Source: the human T2T-CHM13v2.0 reference genome, Homo sapiens. Taken from it: a stretch of 64,000 nt of DNA. The notes beneath the pieces are model-generated. The model was not told where the DNA came from. It searched no databases and saw only the letters and a program-made list of their open reading frames with translations. Where the stretch lies: NCBI RefSeq assembly GCF_009914755.1, contig NC_060937.1. One strand, 5' to 3'. Every line of letters starts with the position of its first letter. Position 1 is the stretch's first letter. The position numbers were made by a program, and so were the translations under genes. Positions 15,761-31,115 of this stretch are shown here, in pieces.

Positions 15761-16493
15761 GCAAACAAACCTTAGGTGGATATCAAATATGAAATGCTTC
15801 CCAAAGGAAACAGAGACTCTATTCATAAAACTGACAAGGAAGATTTTTTTTTTTAAGTAGCGGAATTGAGAAAAACCATCAGTATCACCCCAGGAATGGA
15901 CTAAAGATCTGGAAGGGTTCTTTCACCATTAAAACTTCTTTTCAGTCAACTCTGAATCAAACGCATTCACCCATTCCATATTTACTCAGCAAAGTTTTAT
16001 TGATTGCCTGTAAGAAATATACACTGTGCTAGTGTATTTTATTAGTAAATATCACAAAGAAGTTATATTGGGCAATCTTTAAAATTGATGAAAAGCCTAG
16101 GGACAGATCTTCCTGGGTAAAAGAGGCCTCACACTGAGTATAAATGTGCCCGAATGCTGATATTTTAACAGTTTAAGATCAATACAATCGTAGGACAACA
16201 ATGACCTAAGCAAGTCATTCATTCATTAATTCATTTCGTCTTCATTCATTCAACACACATGCTTGAGTGCCTACTAGGTGCCATAGGCACATACCAGGTA
16301 GATACTGGCATACAAAGGTGCCTAAACATGGCCCTTGCCTTCAAGGAGCTTCCACTCTTGTAAAAGAAGACCCTTGTGTAAGCTAATAAGACTAAAACAA
16401 GTGCTCTGAGAGAAATTCAAAAAGGAAAACATCTAAGATGCTTGTAATCCAGTTCTAGAGATAGAAACCAATGACATGTAATGTAAAATTTAG

Positions 16494-16838
<345 letters not shown>

Positions 16839-17184
16839 TGATTGATCCAAGTGATTGATTTACCCAAACTCTCAGTGATCTTGGAGGCTAGTCACTTATT
16901 CCAACAAGAATGCAAGTCCAGAAATGATTTACAGAATGAGGGAGTTTTTGTTTTTTTTTTTTTTTTTTTTTTTGCCTGATGGTACTAGCTTGATTTTTGG
17001 CTAAAAGATAACACTGCTCAACTTGATCGCCTACCTTAATTATCTGTTTTACTGTTTCAAATATCCAATCTATCCTGAAAAAGCAAAGTTATGCCCCCAT
17101 TGAAGAAATTCAAAAGAATGCGTGTGTCAGTTTTCAAAGGGAGTATCTAAAGAATTTCAAAAATGCTTCAAGTGATAGCAGCAG

Positions 17185-17543
17185 TAATATGGTTTGGCTA
17201 TGTCCCTGCCAAAATCTCATCTTGAATTGTAGTTCCAATAATCCCCATGTATCATGGGAGGGACCAGGTGGAGATAACTGAATCATGAGGGTGGTTCCCT
17301 CATCCTGTTCTTGTGATCGTGAGTCAGTTCTCACGAGATCTGATGGTTTTATAAGGGGCTTCCCCATTCACTGGGCACTCATTCTCTCTCCTGCTGCCCT
17401 GTGGAAGAGGTGCTTTTCTCCATGATTGTAAGTTTCCTGAGGCCTCCCCAGCCATGTGGAACTGAGTCAATTAAACCTCTTTTCTTTATAAATTACCCAG
17501 TCTCGGGTATTTCTTCATAGCAGTGTGAGAACAAACTAATACA
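17185..17543 (+). mobile_element. THE1-type MaLR solo LTR
   Basis: taatatggtttggct...ctaataca; perfect 5-bp TSD AGCAG (17180-17184, 17544-17548); internal ATTAAA. Confidence 0.9.
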
Positions 17544-17745
17544 AGCAGCATTCAAATAAGTGATTACTTTGAAAAAGAGAACATTCATTTGGATGGATAA
17601 GTGCTGGTATAACAGATTTAAAATGACTGTTCACTTTTGCTGTTTGCTACTTGCATAAACCTGAGAGAAGAACTAACAATGGAAGGCATTGGTAATTACC
17701 CAATGGCTGCCACAGCCTGTGTGTTTCTTAAGTGTTCAGAGACGA

Positions 17746-17873
17746 GGCTGGGTGCCGTGACTCACACCTATAATCCCAACACTTTGGTAGGCTGAGGTGG
17801 GTGGATTGATTGAGCCCAGAATTTTGAGACCAGCCTGGGCAAAATGGTGCAACCCCATCTCTACAAAAAATAC

Positions 17874-17901
<28 letters not shown>
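17746..17901 (+). mobile_element. Alu left monomer / FLAM with long A tail
   Basis: Single Alu arm followed by poly-A. Confidence 0.85.
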
Positions 17902-17904
<3 letters not shown>

Positions 17905-18225
17905 TTTAGAGAAGAATTAGGGAGAGAAGGGCTGGCCGAAGAGGGAGGTCACATATAAAAGGGATTGATGAGGTTTTGATAGAATCAATAGTCTAAACTT
18001 GCTGTTATGGTTTTATTTAGATGAAATGTAAGTAAATTTGGTAAGTACCAAGTTAGAAGCAGAGCTTAGAATTTACCCCATTAAATTAGACTATCCTAAT
18101 AGAAAGTAACTATATAATTTTTTTCTGGAATTTCCAATAAGAGGACCAAAATCATTCTTGGACTACTTGCCTACAACCCCTCTTAGTGGCAACTATGACC
18201 TAGATGATTCAACAAGATCTGAGTC

Positions 18226-18580
18226 TGTGATGGCTAATTTTACATGTCAACTTGACTGGGCCACGGTGCCCAGATCTTTGGTCAACAGTCATTCTGAATA
18301 TTTCTGTGAGGGTGTTTTTGGATGGGGTTAACATTTAGATCATGGACTTTGAATAAAGCAGATTGCCCTCTCTGATGTGGGTGGACCTCATGTAATCAGT
18401 TGAAGGATGAACTAGAACAACACATTGGCTTCCCCCAGCAAGAGTGAATTCTGCCAACACTCAGTCTTCAGACTCAAGCTGCAACATCAACTCTTCCCTG
18501 TGTCTCCAGCCTGCTGTCCTACCCCACAGATTTTGGACTTGTCACAATTGTGTGAGACAATTCCTTAAAAGAAATCTCTA
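18226..18580 (+). mobile_element. MLT2-type (ERVL) LTR
   Basis: tgtgatggctaattttacatgtcaacttgactgggcca ... aaagcagattgccctc ... ttttggactt. Confidence 0.8.
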
Positions 18581-18873
18581 TTTTATTTTTTAAATAAGGA
18601 TGCTCGAATCAAAGCATTGCATACTGCATAGTAATAGAAAGTCTTTTGTCCAAATGTAAGAGTGAAGGCAGAGAAGCTTCACTTCGTTATCTTTGTATCC
18701 AAAGTAATTGGCAAGGTGGCAGATTGTCTGTGACCTCTTCTGGGCTTTTGGCAGTGGCCACCTGTCAATTCTTTTACCCGTTCTTCATTAGCTTGCTCTT
18801 TGAATTTTTGCCTTCAACTCTTTCCTCTCTCCCTCTCATTCGGGAGATGACCTTGCCTGTCATATGACCTGGA

Positions 18874-19090
18874 GCAGTGCTTCTCAAACTGGAATGTTCC
18901 TAGGAATCCTCCGGAGATCTTGATAGAGTGCAGATCTTGATTTAGCAGCTTTGGGTGGGGCCTGAACTTCTGCATTTCTAACAAGGTGCTGCTGAGGTTA
19001 CCGGAGCACAGCAAGGTTCTAGAGCTGTCCGTCTCAAACTCTGTGAATCACCTGGGATCTTGTTAGAAATGCAGCAGCTCAGGCTCCGCC
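18874..19090. mobile_element. MER5-type elements (two adjacent pieces)
   Basis: cagtgcttctcaaactgg ... ttctgcatttctaacaag and tctcaaact...tcacctgggatcttgttagaaatgcag. Confidence 0.65.
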
Positions 19091-19508
19091 TGACTTCCTG
19101 AGTCTGAATCTGTGTGCTCACACAAGCCCAGGGGCAGATATGCACACTCAGATTGGGGAGCGGCTCTCCAGCACACCCATCTTCTCCAGGCCTGGACCCC
19201 ATCTGCTCTCTCCTGTAGCTTCAAGCTCTATCTTTCTGCTCCTGACCCTTGGCCTAGGAATTTGGTTACTCCTCCCCTGTTTCAAGTAATAACTCTCTCT
19301 ACCTGAGCCCCTCCTCCTCCCCTGGCTAGAGGTTTTCTTCTCTGTTATAGTTCAAACCTGAGTGTTCTATATTTGCTATCTCTTCACCCTTACCACCCAT
19401 CCCAGTCTTTACTACTTCACATCATGTTCTCTATGTGTGTGTTTGTGTGTGTGTGCGCGCACATGCACGGACCTGCATGCGCAGGTGCGTGTGTGCATGC
19501 AAAAATAA

Positions 19509-19817
<309 letters not shown>

Positions 19818-21394
19818 TGTAATCACTTCAACTGAAAACAACCAATTAACATTTAACCCATTCAATACAACTATTCTCAATTGTTTTGGATCAATTTGAA
19901 ACTCTGCTAAAGAGATATCAGTAACCTAAATTAGTAACCTAGATGCTTTAATTTCTGAATGATTAACTTACTCTGGCAGAATGTTGTGGAATTTTGCCTC
20001 TCCTCCTTCTGGAATGAGAGGCCAGGATTTACTTAAACTTCCAACCTGGCCCCTGCACTGCATTGTTTAACCCAAGCATGCTCAGGTGAAGTCCAAGCTT
20101 CTCAGGATGGCCTGCAGGGCCTTCCACCCCAGCCGGCTCTCAGTTTCCCCTGACACACTTTACAATATGGCAATATTAAACTACTAAAGGTCTTGGGACT
20201 ACACACAGTGTTCCATGCCTCTGGGCCCTTGCGTTACTTTGTGTCACCTGTCACCTCCCCCTATTCACCTGGTTGACTCCAAGCATCCTTGAGGACCCAG
20301 CTCAGGCACCTCCTTTTCTAGGAAGTTGTTCACTATAATAATCAGGGTGTTGCCCCGATGCCATCATACAGCTCATATTCAGTGCACAGTCAGTATTTGT
20401 TGAGGGAGAGAAGAAAGCAGGGGGGAAATACTCTACTTAATCATTTAGAAGGGTTGCCTCAGGCAACCAGAATTCAAAGGCAGGAATAGTGCTATACCGC
20501 TAGCCATAAAATGGACCCACGCAAAAATACACTTTGAAGTAGAAAGACTATAAAAGGAATGAAGATCAGAATAGCAACAAGAGCAATATCTTAGATTTGT
20601 GTGATTTTACAATTTATAAATTATTGTTAGAACTCATCATGTTTACAGCACAGTGAGGTGGGTGCTGGTATTCTCATTTACAGATAAGGAGACCAGGGAT
20701 CAGGGAAGGATTTGCTTACCCCTAAGGGCCTGCAGTGACAGAAAGATCCTTTGGCTCTCTATTTGGTTCCTACCGCACCATTTCACAGCTTGCCTAAAAT
20801 GAGACAAATTGTAAGATATTAATAAGAATTCACTTTCAAAATTCTATATACTTGCTGCTCTATTTTAAACATATATTTCTCTTAAATTATGCTATGCTAA
20901 TTAGCTCTACCATTTCCAGACAGTAATCTGTTATTGGGTGCTACTTTTTAAATTTAGATGCCACTACTAAATCCTAATTTAGACTCATTCCTTTTAATAA
21001 CATCTATGCCTTCTAATGTGTTCCACCCTCCATTGCTTCAAAACATGAGAGTTTATAATGTGTTATATTCATTCCATTATATGGATAGAACTCTACCTTC
21101 AGGAAATTCTAGTTTAGCTCTTCATTTTAAAGACATTCCTTGCACATATATTTGGGATCCTTACCTTGATGCTTTTTCTGTCTCCTTTGATAAATTCCTC
21201 CTTTGTCACACTGCACTGTTTCTCTGAGGTCTTGTATTAGAATAGCCCCTTAAGAATAAGGAACTGTTGTAAATTGCTTTGTAAACAGGTTGCCAGCCAA
21301 CTCCAAAATGTATTTCCTGTCTTCTCTTTTCACCCAAGTGGGTAATAACTGTGTTGTAACCTGGAGACAGTCAGTAGTTACTAACCACCTAGTA

Positions 21395-21912
21395 TGTCAA
21401 ATTACCAGGTAAGGTTATCCAGCAAAAGGGGCTCACTGCACTAGAAGCCAACACTATGACACCAAGTTTTTGAGAAAAGGAAAGCTTCACATTGCAAGTT
21501 AACTTCTGAGGAAACAAAAGTCCAGTTCAAATCTGTCTTGTACTGGCTTTAGGGCAGTAATTTTATTACAAAAGGTTTAGGGTTGGATCCTGGGGTTAGC
21601 AGGTGATTGGTGGAAGCAAAGGGAACATCTGGGAAGTCTTCAGGCATGCATGGCTCTCTCTTCATGCTTCCTGGTGGGTCCCATGTGCAAATTTGGAGGG
21701 AGTTCGTATGAAACATGCAGTAGAAATTCAGGCTGTGACATCAGCAAGCTTGCTGTGCGCAAACTGCATTTGGCCATATTGATTCCGGCTGATTTCAGTC
21801 AGTTTTGTTATAAGCAGAGGGAGTTTCAGCAAATTGTTTCTTTTCTTATCTGCCCCTGAAAACAAGAATTTCTGTTAGTTATTGGTGTCTTTGACTCTTT
21901 GAAACAGTTTCA
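21395..21912 (-). mobile_element. ERV1 solo LTR (LOR1-like)
   Basis: Minus strand begins tgaaactg...ctaacagaaattcttg...gcagataagaaaagaaacaa...caagcttgctgatgtcacagcctgaattt; TG...CA termini. Confidence 0.7.
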
Positions 21913-22459
21913 GTAGTTCCCAAGATATGAAGATAAAAGACCCCCTTCATCAGTGAAAACTCTTACAAGGGGATGAAAGACACAGCTTCCTCTATGAGAG
22001 CACAAGAACAATTAAATTGACCCTCACAAACACTATGGTTGGTGCCAGGAACGTGGCCTGGTGAGGAGGACAGTGTCACATCCTCCCTGCCCACTCCTGT
22101 TTCCACGCGTGCATTTCCTCTTCTGCCCCTCTCCTAAGCCAGGATGACCCTTCTGACCGCGTGGAACTATCACAGAAACTGCTTCCATTTATACCAGATG
22201 ACTTGGGATTCAGTCTTCTTGCTTGGTTTTTATTGACTGCAAAAATCCATGACAACTTTGCGCACATTTGCTTAAGCTGAAAGCAAATGGATGAAAGTTT
22301 GTAGTTGAAAATCTACTTTCTCTTCAATCTCTTCCCTTTTTGCTTTTCTTAGGAAACATACAAGACAGTGGTCCGGAAAGCTCACTGCAAGAACTGTACA
22401 AATAATGTAAAAGTAAGGCATCCATAAGATCAAAGCCACATTTCTTTGCTCTCTGCACC

Positions 22460-22784
<325 letters not shown>

Positions 22785-24347
22785 TAAGGGTGTGGCATCG
22801 CTCTTAGGAGTATGCTCAACTGAGGAAAAGACGGGGAGTCAGGGAGAATGACAGGGCCTTCATGACGCTGCCCCTTTTCAGTCCTTCGCATAACCTTTGC
22901 CAAATCCCCGCTCCCTAAAACGCGCAGGGTTTTTAAACACTCGAGGAAGTGCCTGGCTAAGAGGGGACAGGAAAAAAGGAAGAACTGGTGATTTTCCAAG
23001 GAAAACAGGGCCAAAGGCAAAGAAGAAAGAGAAGTCCTGGAAGCTCTGAAGAGAACAGGTCCTGCCTGAGTCCCGATCCCCATATAGGATCTTGGAAACA
23101 GCAAGGAAAGTGGGGGAAGGGTTGGCTGCTGAATGGAGTCCCAGCTGTGTCTGCAGAGGCAGACGCCCTCCCTGGGCTGTCGCACCAGGCTGGGAGCCAT
23201 GGCCTTCAGCTGCCGCCTCTAACCTGAATTGATTTTTCTTCCACAGAGATTTTGTATTTCACAGAGGTAGTGCTTTTCATCCTAATTCTGCCCACAGATG
23301 CAGCAGGTTCACCAGTTCAGCCTTTTGGGTCTGTGGAGGGAGAACCACTCTAGCTGTGACGCTAGTGGCATGATTACCGTGTAGTCAGCTCCATCATAGT
23401 CTCTTGTGGCAATAATTGGCCATTGCTGCTGTATAGTTGGGTAACTGTGATTCCACAGTGGCTATGGAGCAGTGAAGGATTGTTCAAGTACAAATTCCCT
23501 AGAATTGTTCTCCCAAAAGAGTGAATGAAATGCATATTTTCATTCCAATTCATTCCGTTGTAAATTAAGAATGGAAAATGAAAATACTTAATTAGTGCAG
23601 AAAATATCTAATACACTCAGTTTCTATATGATGGGAAGGCAAACAGGAGAGACAGAGGAGGGAGGATCCCCTCCTAGCATCCCGACAGCACCCCTTTGGA
23701 TGCTTCTCTTCCCTTTCTAACCACCCTGTTTTCCCACTGTCTCCCCATTTCATCCCCTTCTTGTCTGGGAACTGTTGGAGTCCCCCAGGATTGATCCTTC
23801 TAGGCTTACCTTCTCTTTGTGACCATATCCTGCACAGGGCTTCAAGTGCTGCATAAAGGTGCCAACAACTCTCTAACCTTTATCTCTGACTTGGACTTTC
23901 TTCCTACTTTTTCAGACCAGAATATCTAACTGTCTACCAGACAGTTCCATGTGGGTGTCACAGCAGGGCCTCCAACTTGACATGTGCAAAATCACACTCC
24001 TTGTCCTCCTCAAACCTTCCAGACTTTGAGAGTTCAGTTAAGAGGGTCCTAGCTGCTCAATTTAGAAGGGAAGGCAGCTTCCTTGAGACTGCAGTTTGAT
24101 CACCAGGTCTCTTTGATTCTGCCTCCAAAGCTCTTTTTCCCCCAGGTGAATTCGCCCCTTTACCTCCAGGCTTGGGCCTCTAATGGCTACTCTGTGCCAC
24201 TTCATTCCCCACTGCTGGGAGAGTCACCCTCCAAATGGTAGGCTTGATGTGTCCCCACTGCCCAGGTTTGGTCCGAAATAGGATGAGGTTGATGGTGACT
24301 GATGACTAACTGTTATTGAATAATTACTACAGATGGGGCTCTCAGGT

Positions 24348-24542
24348 GTTGTATTAGTTTCCTGTGGCTGCTATGTGTTCCCACAGACTGGTGGATTCAA
24401 ACAACAAAAATGTATTTGCTCACAGCTCTGAAGGTCGAGAGCCTGAAATCAAGGTCTGGACAAGTCTGCACTCCCTCTACAGGCCCTAGGGGAGAAGTGG
24501 TCCTTACGTCTTCCAGCTTCAGGTAGCCATCGGCACTGCTAG
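24348..24542 (-). mobile_element. MLT1-type MaLR LTR, part 1 (interrupted)
   Basis: tgtattagtttcctgtggctgct...aaacaacaaaaatgtattt...cttccagctt; resumes at 25828. Confidence 0.8.
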
Positions 24543-25827
24543 TGATGGCAGTGGCTGCTGCCATCATGCTGGCTGCAGCAGGGAAGCACAGCTGGGGCTG
24601 CAACACTCCATGGAGCCCGTGGGAGCTGCCCCTTCTGAGTTGGGATGGGAGCTCCCTGTGCCGCTACAGCCACCCAAACTGCAGCTACAGACCCAGGCCT
24701 CCTGCTCTATGGAGCAAGCAGGAGCCCTGCAGTCCTGGGCGAGGCTACAGCCACCCAAACTGCGGCTGTGGGTCTGAGCCTCCCTGTGCCTCTGAGCCTC
24801 CCTGTGGAACCCACGGCTGCAGACCTGGGCCTTTCACTCCATGAAGCAGGCAGGAGCCAGGGACAAGTGGGAGCTTTGCCTCTTCCAAGTTGGTGGGGCA
24901 AGAGCTCCCTGGTGCAGCTGCAGCTGCCCTCCCAGGCACAGGACCTGGGCATCTCTGCAGCCTGCACCCTTGGACTCCCCAGGAAGGACACCCTTCACCC
25001 ATCCATCCCTGCAGGCTCAGGGGTATCTGATCCCACTGCCAGGCAATACCCCACCCACATCCCTGCAGGCTAAAGGGTATCTGCTCCCACTGCCTGGCCT
25101 CTCTCCACTGGCTCTGATCTCAGAGTGGGGTTGGGACCAAGCCCCAGGGCTGTGAATGGCAGCAGGAGGCAGACAGAGTCCTGGGTGGAAGGGGCTGGGG
25201 TCCCCAGTAAGGCCCCACCCTCTGACCAGGGAGGGCCTGAAGTCTGGGGACCAGGCTGCCAGTCAGGAATCTGAGTGGGGACTCATGCTGCCTCCTCCAG
25301 CCTGCGCATGGCCACCCATGGACCAATCAGCATGCACTTCCTTCCCTCTGAAGTCCATAAAAACCCTGGGCTCAGCCAGAGCAGGGAAGAGGACAGCAGC
25401 CAGAGAATGAAGAGGGCAGGGAGAGACAAGGGAACCCCCCGCTGTAGAGGAGTATGCTCTCTGCTGATAGCTGGAGATGATGGGGCAACTAGCTGCAGAA
25501 AGGAAGGAGTACCCTCTCGACTGCCGACAGACAGGAGCTACGCTCTCTGCTGAGAGCTTCAGAGACCTGCAGAGATCTCTGAATGACTTGCCTATGGAGA
25601 GGAGCTACGCTGCCTAGGGCCTCCTCTCTACTGACAGCTGAACACTTGACCAGATGACCTGCCTACAGAGAGAAGCTACCCACTCCTCCGAGCTGTTCTA
25701 ACACTAAAACTCTTCTTCACTCTTCACTTGTCTGTGTACCTCAATGCGGGACAAAAACTCTGGCAAAGGCACTGCAGCCACAGAGTTTTCCAGCCAGAAA
25801 AATCAACACCCCAGAGATCCTGTAATG
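24543..25827 (+). mobile_element. MER52-type ERV1 solo LTR nested in MLT1
   Basis: Begins tgatggcagtggctgctgccatc; GC-rich with internal repeats; ends ccagagatcctgtaa; 4-bp TSD CTAG. Confidence 0.8.
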
Positions 25828-26049
25828 CTAGCTTGTGGCCTCATTACTCCAGGTCTCTGTCTCTGTCTTATAAGCACACTTGTAATTGCATTTAGGGTAC
25901 ACGAGGATAATCCAGGATGATTTCCTAATCTCGAAATCTTTAATTGCATGTGCAAAGACCCCTTTTCCCAATAAAGTAAGATTCACAGGTTTTGGGGATT
26001 AGGACATGGAAATATCTTTTTTGTAGTGTCACCATGTGGCACACTACAA
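25828..26049 (-). mobile_element. MLT1-type MaLR LTR, part 2
   Basis: ggataatccaggatgatttcctaatctc...gcaaagacccc...attcacaggtttggggattaggacatgg. Confidence 0.8.
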
Positions 26050-28224
26050 GCAACTTACATATATCAATACCTTGAATCCTCAAAACAAAGTGAGGGAATA
26101 AAATAATATATGTGAAAATATTTTGTAAAGTATAATAGAATATACATGTTACTACTTTATAATATTTTTTAAGCTTTATATTTTCCTAATGGTGAACACA
26201 TCCAGTGGATTGTCAAGGTTAGCAGAATGAGGCTTTAGGATGCTTTGCTGACCTGTCATTAGCCATCTTTCCCTTTGCTCCATTCACATGGGGCTATTTG
26301 TTGTGTCTCATCTCAGACTCTCATACCTCATGCTACTTCCTCTGTAAATTGTTTTACTTCATGTCCTGTGCTTCTCTTTCAAACATCTACTAAATTAAAT
26401 CACAGCTCAGATGCCACCTATGCTATGATGACCCCTGGGCCTGCCCTTGCTGCCGCATCTTCTCATCCAAGCAAAAAGAATTGCACCCTCTTCATGTTCC
26501 CTGTGACACATAGGACATCAGCACCACATTAAACTTGTGCTCATAGGATACATAGCTCATCTCTTGGCCTGTGAGTTCTCCAAGGCCAGGTCAAGACTCT
26601 GTGTCCCAGTGCTCCACAGGGCTGGGTCCACGGGAGGGCTTGGGGACTTCTTTGAAGGAGGAACAGAAAATGAGAGAAGAAAGAATTAGGAAGACGTAAT
26701 CACAGGAAAGATGGATATGAGCTACACAAAAGGACATTGAGATACTGAGAAGAAAGTAGTGACTTGCAGAGAACATACTAGGAACAGATTTTCAGAATAT
26801 TGTGATTACAGATTTCTCAATGAACATTTCTGTTAATGAAGAAAATTAATTCCAATGGCATACTGTACTTTCAGAAGCTTTGTCAATGGAGGTAAAAAGC
26901 ATAGAAATACAGCCCTTACAAAAAGAGTTGTAGTAAGGGAAATCATTAACATGAAATTAAAGGAAGATGTACCAAAGATCAAGTGTGCATCCAAGCAGGT
27001 TAGGATTAGGGAGTGGAGGGTGTGCCTGATCTGTACAAAGGTAACAATGGAAGAGGGAGGCTCTCATGGCCTCAGTTCCTGGAAACAGTAAGGCATGCTG
27101 CTCTTGTCCGTCAGACTCCTGATCCAGGCACCTGGCAATTGTTGACCCCAGCTGCCAAACTATCTTCAGAAGGGATAGGACCCTAGATGGGCGGGAACAC
27201 AGAGGGGCGTGTCGTGCTTGCCCACATGATTGATTGGGAGGTGCTGCCTGGAGTGCTGTTCTGCCAGGCTTTTTGAGGCATATCTGAGCCTAATAGAAAT
27301 GTGATCTGGACTGTTAGAGTTGTTTGCCTTAGAAAAAACAGGGAAAATTTATGTGTGGCTTTTGTGCAGAATATCCTTCCTGATTGTTCCGAAAGTCCAA
27401 TGCCGAAGTTCAAATCAGGTTAGAGAAGGCTTCTTTTACGAGTGGCATGCCTCACAATTTCTTCCCTTTTACTTGTTCATACTTGTAATTCTTTTAACAA
27501 AGAACATTGAATTCTGCTATTGGGATAAAATGCTTTCAAGCATAAAGCGATGCCCACTAAAGAAGGAGTATTGGAGAATGATGTCATTTCTTGTAGAGCA
27601 GGATTAGAGAGCAGACACTAGGAGTGCATAGAAGCACAGTTACAGAGTGGGGAATACAAGGGGCTAAGGCTTCAGTTATCTGACTAAGGGGCTCTTAAGT
27701 GGAGGTAGAACTTCAGCCAGGGTTAAGGGCACAGGTAATAGTTGCAGATGATCAGATCCTGATTGGAAATGAGAGTCTGTTAAATTATAAACAAGACTTG
27801 ATTGGGATAGATGAGGAGATGAACATTAAGAGGTTCACAGATAACAGGAACCATAAATATTTGGCCAGAGCTCCCTATGCTAAGCAGTAGCATATAGCTT
27901 TTCAAAATATTGGGAAATTGAAGAAAAATACTTAATAGCAATTGTAATAGGACACATGAAGGGGAACAAATACAGGCAATGAGGTGGCTACAGTATTCTA
28001 GGGATGAAGGGATACATCCTAGAGAACATTGTGTATTCAAAAAGTAGAGATGTTCAACCAAGGTTCTCATGACATATATAAAGCAGCAGGTAACCACCCA
28101 GATATGAAGAGTGAGAGAATGACTGAATTTTAAATTTAAAATGTATATTCCTGAGAAATTTGGTGGTACTTCGTTGACAATGGGAAGTTGGGGCAAATAA
28201 ACAGTGTTGTTGCTGGTATCTACC

Positions 28225-28603
28225 TGTCTTAGTCCATTTTCTGTTGTTGTTGTAACAGAATACTACATACTGGGTAATTTATAAGGAAAAGAAAACTACT
28301 TTAGCTGATGGTTCTAGAGGATGGAAAGTCCAAGAGCATGGCACTGGCATTGGGTGAGGGCCTATTAGCTGCATTGTAACATGGTGGAGGGCATTGCATG
28401 GTGATAGGGCAAGAATGTGCTAGCCCAGGTCTCTCATCCTCTTTTTATAAAGCCACCAGTCCCATCAAGGGGACCCCTCTCTGATTACCTCATCTAATCT
28501 TAATTACCTCTCAAAGGCCCCACCTGCAAATGCTATCAACATATACATTTGGGGATTAAGTTCCCAATACACAACATTTGGGGGACACATTCAAACAATA
28601 GCA
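28225..28603 (-). mobile_element. MST/MLT1A-type MaLR solo LTR
   Basis: tgtcttagtccattttc...cacattcaaacaatagca; perfect 5-bp TSD CTACC. Confidence 0.88.
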
Positions 28604-29590
28604 CTACCAGTGGTGAATTCTCAGCTGGCATCCTCCTGGAATCATCAGCAGTGTTTGACTCCCTTCTCTGGGACACTTTTTTTGACTTTCAGGATGCCAC
28701 TGGCTCCTGGTTTCTTCATCACCTCTCTAACAGTTCTTTTCAGCCCCTTCACTGGCTCCTCCTTCTCTCTCCAAATTCTTGACATTGGAGTGTTCCAGGT
28801 CTCAGCCTTGGAACTTCTGCTCCAAGTCTACTCCCTCCTTCATTGATCTCCCCACTCTCATAGCTTTAAATGGCATCTACACCACAGAATTTTGCACAAC
28901 CATTACAAGACATGAATTAGAACTACGCCAGATGACTTGGAGGAGTTTTCTATCACACACTGTTAGTGACAGATATAAGAAAAAGACACTCTGTGTCGTA
29001 TGAGCCCACTTTTGTGAAACAAAATGTTGATAACTGAAACCCGATATGTCTATGTATAAATCAGCATGTGATTACCTCCACATGTATGCAAAGAAACAGG
29101 CAAAATTGTTAACATGTGCTGCCTGGGAGGAGGGATAGGAAGGAGAGTGGTAATGGCAGGGAAAGGAAGAAGTAAGGAGATGTCCATTATAAAACTTGAT
29201 GTGTGTAATATGATCCTGTGTGTGTAAAGTCATTCCGTGTGTCTATAGGTACATCTAATATGATGCATGTAAAGTTGGTGACTAAAACATAATAGTAGGT
29301 CTCTTAAAATGATAGAGTTTCAGATGAATTACTTTCCTCTTTATATTTTTATGTCTGTCTTTAATTCTTTAAAATAGCATGCATGAATGCTCAGGAGAAA
29401 CAGTAGAACTATCTTTTATTTTGGGGTGAAACAGATAAGTCGAACTTCCTCATTCCTATTAGAGGCTGTATTTTGGCCTTTATTCCTTAGACTCTAAAGA
29501 TAAACCATCCAAAATGTTTTTTTCTCTTGCAAAATTATCTTAATTGTTAAAACAACATTTCTTCAAAATATTCTGGTTTGCCATATTTAA

Positions 29591-29698
<108 letters not shown>

Positions 29699-30107
29699 TA
29701 GATCATTATTTGTGTTGGATTGATATACATGTTTTAATTTGTTGACTTGTCTTTTATGACTCAGAATCCAAACACATAGACAGTAATTAGAGAAGCTTCG
29801 TAAAAATGCTCTTGGATACGGGCTACTGTGTGCACACCTCTGCTCCAAGCATCCGTGATACCCCTTCCCCTCAAACAGTATCCACACCTCCTATAGGGAA
29901 ACCGAGAAAATGGCTACCAATTTTTCATAAAGTTCCTGTATATTGTGGTTTACAGCAGACCCAATATATAGGTTAATAAGGTTGTGCTACCTAAACATTC
30001 ACGTGACTTGAATCCATTCCCTAATATAGAGTAGGCAGGCAATGACAATTGAGTGAATAGATGAATGGATGAATAAATACTTGTTATCATAGCATCACCA
30101 AGACTAG

Positions 30108-30552
<445 letters not shown>

Positions 30553-30656
30553 GCCCCATCATCTTTTACTGTGTCACTGGTAGGTATGAAATCAGCATAG
30601 AGAGCCTTCAATTATCATCTTCATTCTGTGAATTGTGTCCAGTGAGAATCTTTTCA

Positions 30657-30886
<230 letters not shown>

Positions 30887-30909
30887 TTAAAAGGGTTCAA
30901 GATATTGAA

Positions 30910-31115
30910 AAGTAGAGTATTGGTAAGACCATGGCTATGGAGTTAGGCAGAAATGGCTTCTTAGCCCCCTGCTCTTACCCTTATTATCTCTGCTACCTTG
31001 CGCAAGTAACAAGCCATCTGGGGCTCAGTTTTGTCATTAGTGAAATGGGGACAATGATACCTGCCTAAAGTGGCTGTTCTGAGGACACAAAGCACTAGGA
31101 CAGTGACTAACACAA
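30910..31115. mobile_element. MIR
   Basis: ggctatggagttaggcag...accttgcgcaagt...ctcagttttgtcattagtgaaatggggacaatgatacct. Confidence 0.7.

Noticed and set aside
24397-25553. Dense cluster of overlapping ORFs on both strands
   Set aside because: They lie in the GC-rich MER52 LTR; stop-codon scarcity explains them and there is no protein family signal.
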